From Tricharina praecox (taxonomy: Eukaryota), in contig NW_026250411.1 of NCBI RefSeq assembly GCF_024521635.1, positions 1,178,001 through 1,242,000 of the forward strand: a stretch of DNA of 64,000 bases. Reading direction: 5' to 3'. Position numbers and translations under genes: made by a program. Positions 37,101-48,374 of this stretch are shown here, in pieces (positions within the stretch are counted from its first letter, which is position 1; the number at the start of each line of letters is the position of its first letter). The notes beneath the pieces are model-generated. The model saw nothing but the letters and a program-made list of their open reading frames with translations. It had not been told where the DNA came from and did no database searches.

Positions 37101-39808
37101 CTCTGGGAGGAGTGGGGGAGATCTCATAATTCAGACATAGCGGTCATCAGCAATCTTTTCAAATTCATTTTGACCGATGAAATCCCCCCGGAAATTCTCC
37201 TTGGATGCACCATCTTGCCACTTGCGGATAAGAGTCGGGGACTCTTTAGGAGCAAGGGCGATGCCGATTTCATGATACCTGTCTCCAATGACACATTGAG
37301 CGAAGCGCTGGAGGGCTTGGTGCCCCAATTGATCGTCCATCCGCAATTAGGAGAATCGATTTTCCACAAGCTGACATCGGGTGGGCTTAATGTTTCTCAC
37401 TTTTTTCTCAAAGACTTACCGAGGGTTCTTGAGGTTATGGGCGACCAGAGCGCGAAGCGCCGACGAGAATTATTTGTTGAAATCTGGAGAGTCTACAATA
37501 ACTTGGCACAGCATGACCCGTCGAAAGCAGTGGAGGCATATGGTGCTCTTGTCCGCCTGCCTATTGTCGTCGCCACAAGACCTGGTGATGCCTCGGAGTA
37601 TGCTTTCATCCGCCTCGACGAGTTTCAACAGAATAGGCACGTTGCGATACTTGAAGATCCACTAGGCCGCAAAAACTGGCCAATGCTCTCTCTCGATCTT
37701 CCGAAGGTCAATGAGATTCTTCAATCATTTGCGGATGCGGGGCTTTATCAAGTGAATGCCAGGACCTTTCCAGAATCCGGACTTGGTTATGAAAGCTTAG
37801 AAACTTGCGCGGGCCTGTACCGGTTACTCCTATGCATCGAGACACTTGCAGCCAGAAGGAGTAGCACAATTGAAGCGTTCATTATGTCTAGATCGCTCGG
37901 CAATCCCAACTATTTAAGGGTAAGTTATAGCTCCATTGTGTATGGCAACGTTGCATAGAGCACAACTGATTCGGGGTCCAGAAATTGAGTCAAATACTCC
38001 GGTTCGCCGATTGGAACGACTTCGAATCCAAGTTTGAAGCGCGGCGGATTCTGAGACAAATACCACTTTTACCATCAACGGACAGTGAAGAGCAGTATAT
38101 ATCAGCCCTGAGGGCCAGAGTGGCTCCATCCGCGAGTCTCGACCTCAAACATGTACCGTTGGCACAAAACTTCGTCACCAACAGCTGGGCCCAGAGTCAT
38201 CCTCGTCGTTGGGAATTTCTGCTTGTGCCTCGCTTGGAGCACCACGAATTCCTTGCAGATATTTTGTTGGTGCGCGGGGGCAACCGACTTCCAGGTGGAG
38301 TGGAAGGACTGAAAAACTACCTCAAGATCGTTGAATGGATCAATAAAGATTTCCCCGAAGCTATGCAGACGGAACCAGTTGCGCTGGATAGAAATTTGAC
38401 GTTTCGTCTGGCGAATACATTATTCGATCACGAGAATTACATCTTCAAAGCAGCCTTCTACGACGAAAATGAAATTCTTCTGCCTAACAAGTTCCTGCAT
38501 CCAGAGCTTCGGGGTTTTAGATGGCACACCATGAAGACCATCAACTCAGCGATATATCGGCAGTGTGCACGGGCTATTGAAGAGCAATCCCGCAATCCCT
38601 CCACGGATGGCGTGTTTTTGGTACGGGCCATTAAAGTGTTCGAATTCTTGAGGTTCGAGACCCCGGAAGTGCAAGCTGTGTGTGGAAACGGTCATCATTG
38701 GACGAAGATAAAACATATTCAGTTCGTACCTGCTCTCTTTCCCGAACAGGATGGCACCATGCTCAATAAAGAGATGAGGCGCAACGTACCTGACTCACGT
38801 GTCATTTCTCTCTCCGACGGAATCGATCCAAGAGATGTCAAAATATGCTGGAGCCAGAAGTGCTTCTTCCTGGATGCGCCAAGCAACTATGTTCTCCAAT
38901 CACTGCCTAACCAAGGACGCCCCAAGCCACAGGATGTTGTCTCGCACTTGGTATTTCTGGCTCAGGAGCGGAGCGAAATCTCAGAAATTGATATCAAGAG
39001 TTTTCTGAGCAGTGCGAAGGCTTGCTATAAATATCTACAGGATTCTGACGAAGGGTTCACTATCCCTGAGGATAAAGAGGTGTGGTACAACTCGGACCAG
39101 GAAACGGCACTTCTTAAAAAGGATTTCCAAAATTCGTGGGTATCCAGCAGGGATTTGTGTCTCAATCTGGAGTATGACTCAGCGCCCCTTCAATACGTAC
39201 GGGAGTCCCTCCAAAACTTCCACAGTCTTCTCAGGACCTCCGGCGTCCGCTCGATTCAACGAATTGGTCCACCACCTGCTAGCCTGCAATCCGCGACGAC
39301 CTACTCGGACACTCTCGTCTCGGAGTTCCAAAGCTTCCATAAGTCGGGCCGGTTTGTCGACTTGCACATTTTGGTCGACGACCACAAGTTTGGCGTTCAC
39401 AAGATGGTGTTGTGCGCGGCCTCGGAATACTTTCAGAGGATGTTCGAAAGCCCCATGGCCATGGTCGAGCAAACCGAGAACATGATCGACTGGCGTGGCA
39501 ACGGGATAAGCGTAGAAACCGTCGAGCGCATGCTCGATTATATATACACCGGGGTTCTGGCCGAATTCCCTCCGGACGATCCTTCTTACACAGTCGAAAT
39601 CCTCCTTGAGCTCATGAACACCGCCGACGCTTATTTCCTACCAGGGCTCAAGCGCGCGGTTGAAGTCATGCTTTGGGACGAACAGTATCTTCGCCCGGAG
39701 ACGGCGAGGGCTATTCTGGAGTGTGCACGCGACTGTCGGGCCGATGAACTTCGGCAACTGGCTGAGCAGTACTGCAAAGACAATGCGGATATTATTGCGA
39801 GGGTTTGA
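31105..39808 (+). CDS. Giant sacsin-like protein with two GHKL/Hsp90-like sacsin modules and a C-terminal BTB/POZ domain; ~10 introns, roughly 2,700 aa
   Basis: Module 1 (spliced): RELCQNADDSGA, GPALFAYNN, GKFGRGFNSVY, GTLIRLPLR, GRLFSTLPLP, HIHAMFSITPDR. Module 2: NEYLANAEDSGGA, GPSLLCFNNG, GRFGRGSLTMY, GTLFRFP, GLPVHVSADLAIQSDR. BTB: FVDLHILV...HKMVLCAASEYFQRMF...MLDYIYTG...ADAYFLPGLK. Consecutive ORFs join through GT-AG introns. Confidence 0.88.
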
Positions 39809-40614
39809 TAGGAGGGTCAGTATATACACACACACGGAAGCACTTGGCGAGCAGGATACTAATGAGATGCAGGTCCGAGTGCTTATTCGTGAGTTACTTG
39901 TCGAAAGTATTGTATGTTGGCTGGCAGTTTGATTTCTATTCTTTTCATCTTGGAGTCTTTGTTTGCTTTGAATTCGCATGGGAGGATAGGACTTGTACTG
40001 TTGTACATATTTACGTGTTGATCTTGTGGATGGATCGGAAATCGGCGATTGCGGCGGTAGCTGGAAATGATTTCCTAAAATAGAGAGGGGAATTGGACGT
40101 GTTTCTTCGCCATGGGACGGCTGGAGATGGATTACTGCAGGAATGTATCTTGACCACTTTCCTGATCACCTACACTACGACTGTGATTGATCTGCGAGAC
40201 ATTCGACATGGACATTGTGGCTGTTCTCGAAAAGCCACTGAAGAACCTTCTCGGAAGGTACGACTAGAACACACATGAATCTTTTGTTCTGGGCCTTAAA
40301 TTCAGTAGGTACTCTAGGTAGAGAATTCGGGGTTTCCATGGCTAGTAGTAGGTATAGAGCCGAGAAATTCTGATACGGGAGGAAACGTTTAAGCCTCCGT
40401 TATAAAAGTTTTGCCCTAGTACTTTACTATCCCATCGATCGTGGTGCTGTGGGGATCCGAATTCGCCTCAGAAATGGCCACCCACCCGGTCTCACTACCA
40501 CCGCCCACCCGGTCCCACCACCAACACCCCGGATAAGGACTGTGACTAGATAGAATTGTTCATTAGATGCTAATAAAGAGTAGTATCCACAGATTTACAA
40601 GCCGGGAAACCCAT

Positions 40615-42296
40615 CTACTCGTCACCGAGTTCACATCCCGTATGTCTCCCTCCTTCCTCAACGCCCCACGCAAACCCCTGATCATTCACCAACATGGCGC
40701 TCATACCGCTACGCCTGTCTGCTACCGCGGCAGTAGAGTTCCACTTGGGTATCAGCTTCTTTCCATCAATGGCCAATCGAGCCATAACATGCCCAGCAGT
40801 CCTCGCATTCTTGGCCAGGACGGTAGCGTTGGCATTGCCGTAACCATCGCACTCCTGATGGTAGCAGGCATCCTGTTCCACCCCAGTTCCGGTATGCAAC
40901 CCGCCAACCGGAATGCCCTGCGACATGAAACTAGCATAGTCACTGCCGCCGGTGAACACGGCGGGGGTCACGGTAACGTGCTCCTTCTTCTCTAGGTATT
41001 CCGCAAGCAGCGCCTCGATCACCCCGCTGCCTGCGGCACCGGCTAGCCCGTGCGTGCTGCCGTCGCCGTCGAAGACGCCGAAATAGCCGCGGCTTACTGC
41101 GGGAGTTAGCGGCCGCTCGTATGTGCTAGTCAGAAAAAATATGATTTACCCATATCGAAGTTGAGATATGCTCGGATGTTTTGCAGATCCCTTGCCGGTA
41201 GGGCGGCAACGTAATGTTTGGATCCGAGAAGACCTTATTTCCATCAGCTTGTCAACTACCGCGGTATGAAAACTTGCCGTGACCGTAGGTAGGTACATAC
41301 CATTTTCTTCGGCCCCCCACCAGCAGAACCGTAGCTTGAGGTTGGGTCGGTACTGCTGCGTCGATGCAAGTAGCTCCATTATCAAAGATGTTCCGGATCC
41401 GTCGTCGTTAACACCCGGTCCCGCTTGGACGGAATCCAGATGTGCTCCGAGCTAGTTACGAGTAGTATATGGTGAGCGTCACGACCGACTAGCAACCTGG
41501 ACCGAAAGGTCCTACATACCACTATCACGCTGGATGGATCGCCACCCTTTGTCTCGGCGATGACATTCCACGTCGTCCGGTTCTCGATCGTCTGGAGGTG
41601 CCGGAAGTTGACCTGGATGGTTTCCCCGGCTTCGATGCGAGCACGCCACGCTTCGCCGTCCGCCTTATTGATGAATCCTGCCGAGCGGTAGCCGACAGGA
41701 TCCGGAGCACTCGGGGTTCCCGCCGTTGGCTTGGTGGGAAGATCGTGATAGACGATGACGGCGACAGCACCCGCCGCAACCGCAGCTCTGACCCTTCCTC
41801 CCAGCGTGGTGCCATCGGGACAGCGGAACCGCTGCGTCAACACGATCTTGTCCTTGACATCGCGGCCGTCGAAGCCAGCCGCGGAACACCCCTCGAGGCC
41901 ATCAGGAGCGAGCACCAACTCTGCCGTCACTCCCCCAGGCACCGTCGAAGGACTGTACGTCAGGCCGAAAACATACACATCCTCGCCGCCCACCGCGCTC
42001 AGCTGGATGTCATCGACGATGGCAAACAACGCCTGAAAAGCCTGCTCGTGGAAATCCACCGTCCGTCCGAACTTCGCCAGCCGCTCGAGGACAAAATCCA
42101 CGCTGGCTCGGTATCCGGGCAGGCCGAAGGCTCGATTGCCACCGTTGTTTTCGGCAATCCTGGCCAGACGCGCGAGGTTGTCCATCAACGCCGATTGCTG
42201 GATATCTGCGACGACGGCATGGGGAGATATCGCCTTCTGAGGTGCTGCTGCTGCGAGCGCAACAGAGAGGAGCGGGAGGACCGTGAGGATACGCAT
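40615..42296 (-). CDS. Secreted M28 aminopeptidase with PA domain (aminopeptidase Y/Lap2-like), multi-exon
   Basis: Signal peptide, GNRAFGLPGY, PA domain, GAHLDSV, GPGVNDDGSG, WWGAEENG, YLNFDM, SDYASF and YHQECD. Confidence 0.93.
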
Positions 42297-43316
42297 CGTA
42301 GGTACTTAGGTAGTGGTTAGCACGACGAAAACCAGTCGCCAGTACGAGGGGTTATATGTCGGTTCACTCCCCAATCCTCCACGATGCCAGTACCCTACAA
42401 TCGAAGCAACATACCTAAGTACGGAGCTAGAAGTCACACACACGACGATACGATAGGCAATTTCCAGCTCAACATTGCGGAAGTTGCTCTAGATGGGGAA
42501 GGTCAAGTGTAGATGCTCGAGCGGTGGTGGGGAAACATGTCGCGATGTGGACAGTATATGGAGTGTAACTATCGGGGCGCTTCGCTCGTGACACATCCAA
42601 TGCATTGGCCCATACGTTTCTTTCTAGTGCGGACAAATCTGCGGCGGCGGCGACCAGTAACTGAACTGCTAGAGGGCGGTGACGGCCGCACTGCTGCCAA
42701 GCAACACTCATCTACTCTACTCTAACTAATGTCCCTTGCAAGTGGAGAATGCTCTAATGTAGTATCACCGTTGGCCGATAAGGCGGGGTGACCCGGGATA
42801 TGTATGTAGATATGCTGAAAAGGAGATGAAGGCAGCTTCTCTGTGAGGAACGCCGTTGAACAGTCCAAGAATCTCGCAGCGATGTCGAACTATATCATAC
42901 TTGCCGTCATGCAAGCAATCACCCGCGACTAGTTAGTTAGACCTGGCCGACGGCGGCGCCGGATCCCGCAGCACGCCTGGTAGCTTGGCACGGAGCTTTC
43001 CCGGTCTACAATTCGTACATATGGAGATTCAAGAAGCTGGAAGCCCAAAAGTCATTTCTATCTTCGGCACAATACAAACTTTCATTGTTTAATCATCATT
43101 CTAATTTCAACCGCCAATACGAACCAACTTTCGGGTGGAACAGCCCGAGTGATTTTCTGTGACGCTCAACCGATCCACCCTTGTCTGGGCCTTCTGCTGA
43201 CCTACTTACCCCCTACCCCCGCAATAACTCATCTGTCTCTGTCTCTCCCAGTTCAAAACACATTGTACTAGACCATCAATTCACACACTTTTCCTGAAAC
43301 CCATTCGTTCTAACCC

Positions 43317-44441
43317 ATGCCTCCCCTCTCATTACCCACAGAACTCTTGGTAGAGATTATCAAACACTTGCCGGGCCCAGGCGATGCACACAAGAGTCCC
43401 TTGGCCACAGTTCGACTGGTCGGCCGATTCTTTGCCGACATCGCTCGCCCATATCTCTACCAAAACTTCATCGCTATCAAAAGTGACGGAACTCTACGCA
43501 TCCGCAAGTACCTACGGATGTTGCACCGATGTCCCGAGCTTGCGCCGTACACCACCTCCGCGATTCTGCACTGATCTGTCCAGAACTGGATGAATCCTAC
43601 TTGGGAAGGACCCCCGGACGACAGGGATGATATAAAGTGTAACCTTTTCAAAGAGGAAGCCCAGATCTGGGATATGGTGGCGCGGGGTCTTGATCTTCCG
43701 GAGGATCACCCCTTCAGGCCGGACAGCCACGCACGGACCCAGCGGGCTTGGGTTTTCGAACAAGTCTGCCCATTGCTACTCGTCTACAAACTCAAAAAGC
43801 TCGGGCATCTTACAATCCACACGTTCCATAGCGGCATTGTATTCACTGACCCGTCGAACGCTTGGGATTTTCTGCCCACGCCGTTTCCCTCGCTGAAGAG
43901 CCTCTCATGGATCCACGATGACGGTCATGACTGGGCTTGGAAGGAGCCAGTACAGATCGGGATGTTACTTCCCATCATGAGGACTTCGCCGAAGCTGCAA
44001 CGCATTTACGGAGTTGAACTCGAAGGTCTGCTATCGCTGGCAGGGCAACAAGAAGGCTAGAATGGCATCGTGTTGTTGCCGTTGTCGTCGCGCGGCATAT
44101 ATACTAGCCACAAGTTCGGACGCAACATCACATCGCTCGACCTCGAGGATTGCGACGTCATGGGGGACTGGTTCGAATGGCTATTCGTCAACGTCACTCC
44201 GCAGATCCGCAACTTCAGGTACGCAAAGCCCAACCGTGATCGTCCCAATGATATAACCCCAGCACAACGCCGAAACAAACGGACTGGTTGTAGGCTGTGC
44301 GCTGGCCTGTCCGGATGTTTCTACTCCAATGTCGTCAGCGTGCTCATGAGACACATATATTGCGTTGCGAGCATTTGGACGCAGTCACTCATCACTATCC
44401 CATACGCCGGTAATAAGAAACCACTCCCGATAAGCCGGTAG
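43317..44441 (+). pseudogene. F-box (LRR-like) protein pseudogene
   Basis: N-terminal F-box-like LSLPTELLVEIIKHL...LATVRLVGRFFADIARPYLY and LRR-like segments (FPSLKSLS, PKLQRI, ITSLDLEDC). One frame is interrupted by TGA 43572-43574 and TAG 44058-44060. The 3' end is uncertain. Confidence 0.72.
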
Positions 44442-44507
44442 CATTCTCCGCCAGGTAACCCCCCGTATCACTCGCATTCGTCGCGAACGTCCCTCCCGGG
44501 TCTAACT

Positions 44508-45056
44508 ACCTCACACGTCAACAATGGAAAAGCCAGCAGAAAACACTGTGGGCACAGGTCCGGAAGTAGACAAAGAGGGGCAAGGATCGATTCAAGATCC
44601 GAGACCTCTTCGCAGACAAGCGGTGCAGCCAGGCCATCCTCGACTTCCTTTCCTCCACCGCTGTGAGCAGGCGGATCCCAGAGGCTGATGATGAAGATGC
44701 AGCAAGTGAGGTTTTCGAGTGGGAGCTGAGGGAGCTGAGTGAGCGGGAAGAGAGGGAGGTGCTGCGGCGGCTCGAGGAGGAGGAGGAGGCTTCCGAGGGG
44801 GCCACGAGGTGGATTAGGGACTCGCGGAGGGGGAGGGGTACTGACGAGCCCAGGGAGCGGACGGTGTCTTTTCCTAGTGTTATTTCTTCTGGGACAGGCC
44901 GGGGCGGAGGGCAGAGAAAACCACATCGAGTCGCTTGGTGAAAGTCGAGTCGGACAGTGGCGTGGAAACGGGGGGTGTTCGGGTAGACATTGCCATGATC
45001 TAGACAGGTCGCATGCAATCAATGAATAAACGAGAAAAAAACCTCACACGTCAACA
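44508..45056 (+). mobile_element. 5'-truncated non-LTR retrotransposon (LINE, probably Tad1-like) with A-tail and 16-bp TSD
   Basis: ACCTCACACGTCAACA at 44508-44523 and 45041-45056 flanks a ~517-bp insert that ends in AATAAA (45025) and an A-run. The insert encodes WKSQQKTLWAQVRK*TKRGKDRFKIRDLFADKRCSQAILDFLSSTAV, resembling a fungal LINE ORF2 C-terminus. Confidence 0.85.
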
Positions 45057-45798
45057 CATCGCATGAGTCCGCCGTAGGAACCACAGTCCATGTCGTCGAA
45101 TCTTAGGGGCGCATACATATCGATCCTTTGCACGGCCTGGCGTGCCGGCGGATATCAATGGCGATTCCCCAGAGGTTGCTGTTTTCGAGGTAAAGTTCTG
45201 GGAATAGCTTGTCGGAACGTCCCAGTTCTCGGTTTGTGGTAGAGGTGCATAGTCCGATGGTGAGAGACCGACAGCCGGGTACGAGAAGTGTAAAACCGGA
45301 TTCAATTGAAGAAAGGAAGTCTATGAACTTTTGGGAATATCTTTAGTTTTGAACAACAGAGAGGCTAGCAATCAGAACAGAAAAGCAGCAACAGAGTACA
45401 TTTCAACGTTCAACGATCCGGTTGGTTGCTGCTTAACGATGTGAAGGCAGAATCGAAAGTCATGTAATCATAGTCCACTGGCTTGCCGTCATCCCGGGCC
45501 GACGTTGATGTTCGGGTTCGGAGGTCTAGAGGTTGGCGCTAGTTATTTAGCAGGTGCTTGTTCCTGATCCACAAAGTTCCCATAGCAGGGATCATGAGGG
45601 GGCAGAAACTGAGCCGCCTGCGCATGTACGCGGGATCCCATCGTCATCAGTCGCACTAGTCAAACAAACTCAACTTCAACGATACCCCACGGTGAGAGCT
45701 TTAGAGAACGCAATTGACGCAGACACCCCCGTGAAAGAAGCAGGTACTAACTATAGTTTAGAGCGAGTTCCCACTGCACACCCTTACTCACCTCCACC

Positions 45799-46500
45799 AT
45801 GTCCCTCCCCGCCGTGAAAGCCATCCTCATCGACATCGAGGGCACCGTGTGCTCCATCAGCTTCGTCAAGGACATTCTCTTCCCGTACGCGCTCGACGCC
45901 ACGCGCTCATTCCTCGTCCAGAACTGGTCCGAGCCCTGGTTCCAGCCCTACCTCCTCGCCTTCCCCGAGCCCTCGCGCGACACCCCCGAAAACCTCGAGG
46001 AATTCATCCGCTATGCCACTTCTGCGGACCTCAAAATCCCCTCGCTCAAGGGCTTCCAAGGACTCCTGTGGAAGGACGGCTACACGAGCGGCGCGATCAA
46101 GGCTCCCATCTACGACGATGTACTCCCGGCGCTCCGCCGCTGGAGGGACGAGGGGAAGAAGGTGCTTGTCTACTCCTCGGGCTCGGTGCCCGCGCAGAAG
46201 CTGCTGTTTCAGCATACCGATACGGAGATGGCGGATATGACGCCGCTGTTCGATGGTTACTACGATACTGTCAATGCTGGGTTGAAGCAGAAGGCGACCA
46301 GCTACAGGAAGATCATCGAGCAGGAGGGGATCGACGCCGACGGCTGGTTGTTCTTGAGCGATAATGTTGGCGAGGTGGAGGCGGCAAAGGAGGCGGGGAT
46401 GGATGCGATTGTGCTCGTGAGGCCGGGGAATAGCCCACTGGATCAGGATGTCGGGAAGAAGCACACTGTTGTGGAGACCTTCTCGGCGATCTCGGTTTAG
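45799..46500 (+). CDS. UTR4: Enolase-phosphatase E1 (methionine salvage, HAD family)
   Basis: DIEGTVCSISFVKDILFPYA, LKGFQGLLWKDGY, YSSGSVPAQKLLF and FLSDNVGEVEAA. Confidence 0.95.
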   Translation: MSLPAVKAILIDIEGTVCSISFVKDILFPYALDATRSFLVQNWSEPWFQPYLLAFPEPSRDTPENLEEFIRYATSADLKIPSLKGFQGLLWKDGYTSGAIKAPIYDDVLPALRRWRDEGKKVLVYSSGSVPAQKLLFQHTDTEMADMTPLFDGYYDTVNAGLKQKATSYRKIIEQEGIDADGWLFLSDNVGEVEAAKEAGMDAIVLVRPGNSPLDQDVGKKHTVVETFSAISV

Positions 46501-47696
46501 AGATTGATCTTTGAGATGATTGGGAAGTGTATTGAGCGGGAGATGTGATGTGGCTAAAATACGATGGTGATTTGGACGAGGAGTGAGGAGAAGGGGAGGA
46601 GAGGGACTATGACAGAGAGCAGGCAAGTGCAGAATTTGTGTCCTCGTGAATTCAAAGGACTCAACAACTTCCTCTGCATAATGTAAAGACGAATGCCTAC
46701 ATGAACACTTGAGATACCAGCATGCAAACAGGAAATTGTCCAATTCATGTTACCTCCACAACAACCTAAACTCATCCGACAAAGATGAATCCTCCATCGC
46801 ACTGTCCGCAAACCGATCAAAGTCCCTTCCAGCACCACACAGTACGCAATTACAACCACAACAGTGAGCCACTCTTATGCCAATGTGCCAGAATAGTCGT
46901 CAGGACTTCGGCGGGGATTGAAGCCAGGAGGTCCCAAATGTAGGTGGCGGATGGGTGGATGGAACTATTCTGATATCAGTACATCATCGAGTGATTGAAA
47001 TGAGTGCGGGTATGAGGAATTTAGGAGTAGAGCAGCGGATTGCTGGATGGACTGTGCTGATATCAGAATATCATGGGGTGATTGAAAGGAGTGCGAGTAT
47101 GAGAGATGTAGGAGCAGGAGTAGGGTGCGTTTGCATCGTGCTGATGGTGGTTTTTGGGCGAAACTTGTTTCAGGCGGACTGCTGAGTCGAGGCCCTTTCG
47201 GTTAAGGCTGCGCGGCCCAAGGGATTGTACTCGTGTGCGGAGGGCCAGTCGAAGTCGCCGAACAAGGACGAGCAAGCGTAGCTACATCGACACACCTCGC
47301 AATGCATCGACGACGACTCGAGCAGCAACGGCTCGAGCAGCAGTGCCGCAGTCACCGCACACGGAGGGACAGTCATCCCTGCTCATGGCTGCATTTGATG
47401 TTGAGATGCTGAGATCGCAGCAGTGTCCATCCAGTGCTGTCGATCTGAAACTGCCGTACTCATCTGATATCACTAACTCTGTCTTAGTCATAAATTTGCC
47501 CGCTCGCTCCCCATCCTTCCTCTTAAATCACATCCTCCTTCCATCCTTCTTCCTTTTCCTTCTTCTCTCCTTCTCCATCCTCCTCTCTTCTCTCTCGCAC
47601 GCCCGAACTGTACTTGCTCCTCGTTTTTGACCCATCACAGTTCTCTTCTCCTTTTTGACAACCCAACTCTCGATCCATCAGACACTCTCCGTCAAG

Positions 47697-48374
47697 ATGC
47701 AGTTCCTCGATTTGACTTTCGTCTCTGCTTTGCTCCTCGCTGCTGTCTCCGGATCTCCTCATACACTCATGTACAACTTGCACGGCACAGAGAGCTACAA
47801 CCTTCATCCCATCACCCGCCGTAACCCTGAGGCCCGCCCCCAAGGAGTCTACGAGTTGATCTCTCCCCCGGGCAGTTCTCCTGCAGGATGCAATCCTACC
47901 TTCGGCTTCAGATTCGGTTTCATCCCCCAGCCCGCTACTTCCGCCTTCCCGCCGGTCCACCCCATCGTCACCGTCTGCGATGATCCCAACAAGCTCTCGA
48001 TGAACCTTCGTGGCGGCATCCTCACGGATAAGCAAGGCAGGATCGGCTCAATCGTTGCGAACCGGCAGTTTCAGTTTGATGGGCCCCCCGCCCAGGCTGG
48101 TGCCATCTACACTGCCGGATGGAGCATCTGCCCCAATCAGGGCGTCCTGGCTCTGGGTCCTAGCATGGACTTTTATCGTTGCAAGAGTGGCGACTGTGAG
48201 CTATACCCCGCCCCCTCTTTCCTGTTGAATCTCCGTGATGATTTTGCTGCTTTCCTGATGACGACGATACTGATTCTTTTCTACTTCTATACAGTCTACA
48301 ACATTTACGACCAGTCCATTGGTGGGCAGTGTGAGAGGATTTGGTTGACCATTACGAAAGTGGTTCAGTGTTGA
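47697..48374 (+). CDS. Secreted PIR/Cis3-type cell-wall protein (C-terminal four-Cys domain), one intron
   Basis: Signal peptide, [37 protein letters not shown]...LALG...[20 protein letters not shown]. Confidence 0.88.
   Translation: MQFLDLTFVSALLLAAVSGSPHTLMYNLHGTESYNLHPITRRNPEARPQGVYELISPPGSSPAGCNPTFGFRFGFIPQPATSAFPPVHPIVTVCDDPNKLSMNLRGGILTDKQGRIGSIVANRQFQFDGPPAQAGAIYTAGWSICPNQGVLALGPSMDFYRCKSGDCELYPAPSFLLNLRDDFAAFLMTTILILFYFYTVYNIYDQSIGGQCERIWLTITKVVQC

Noticed and set aside
29700..45500. Starship or other giant mobile element carrying the sacsin gene
   Set aside because: No tyrosine-recombinase captain gene and no bounding repeats are visible.
45907..46743. Long antisense or alternate-frame ORFs (also 4709-5356, 11093-11956, 15538-16467, 22454-23392)
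   Set aside because: Shadows of GC3-rich real genes, with no recognisable motifs.
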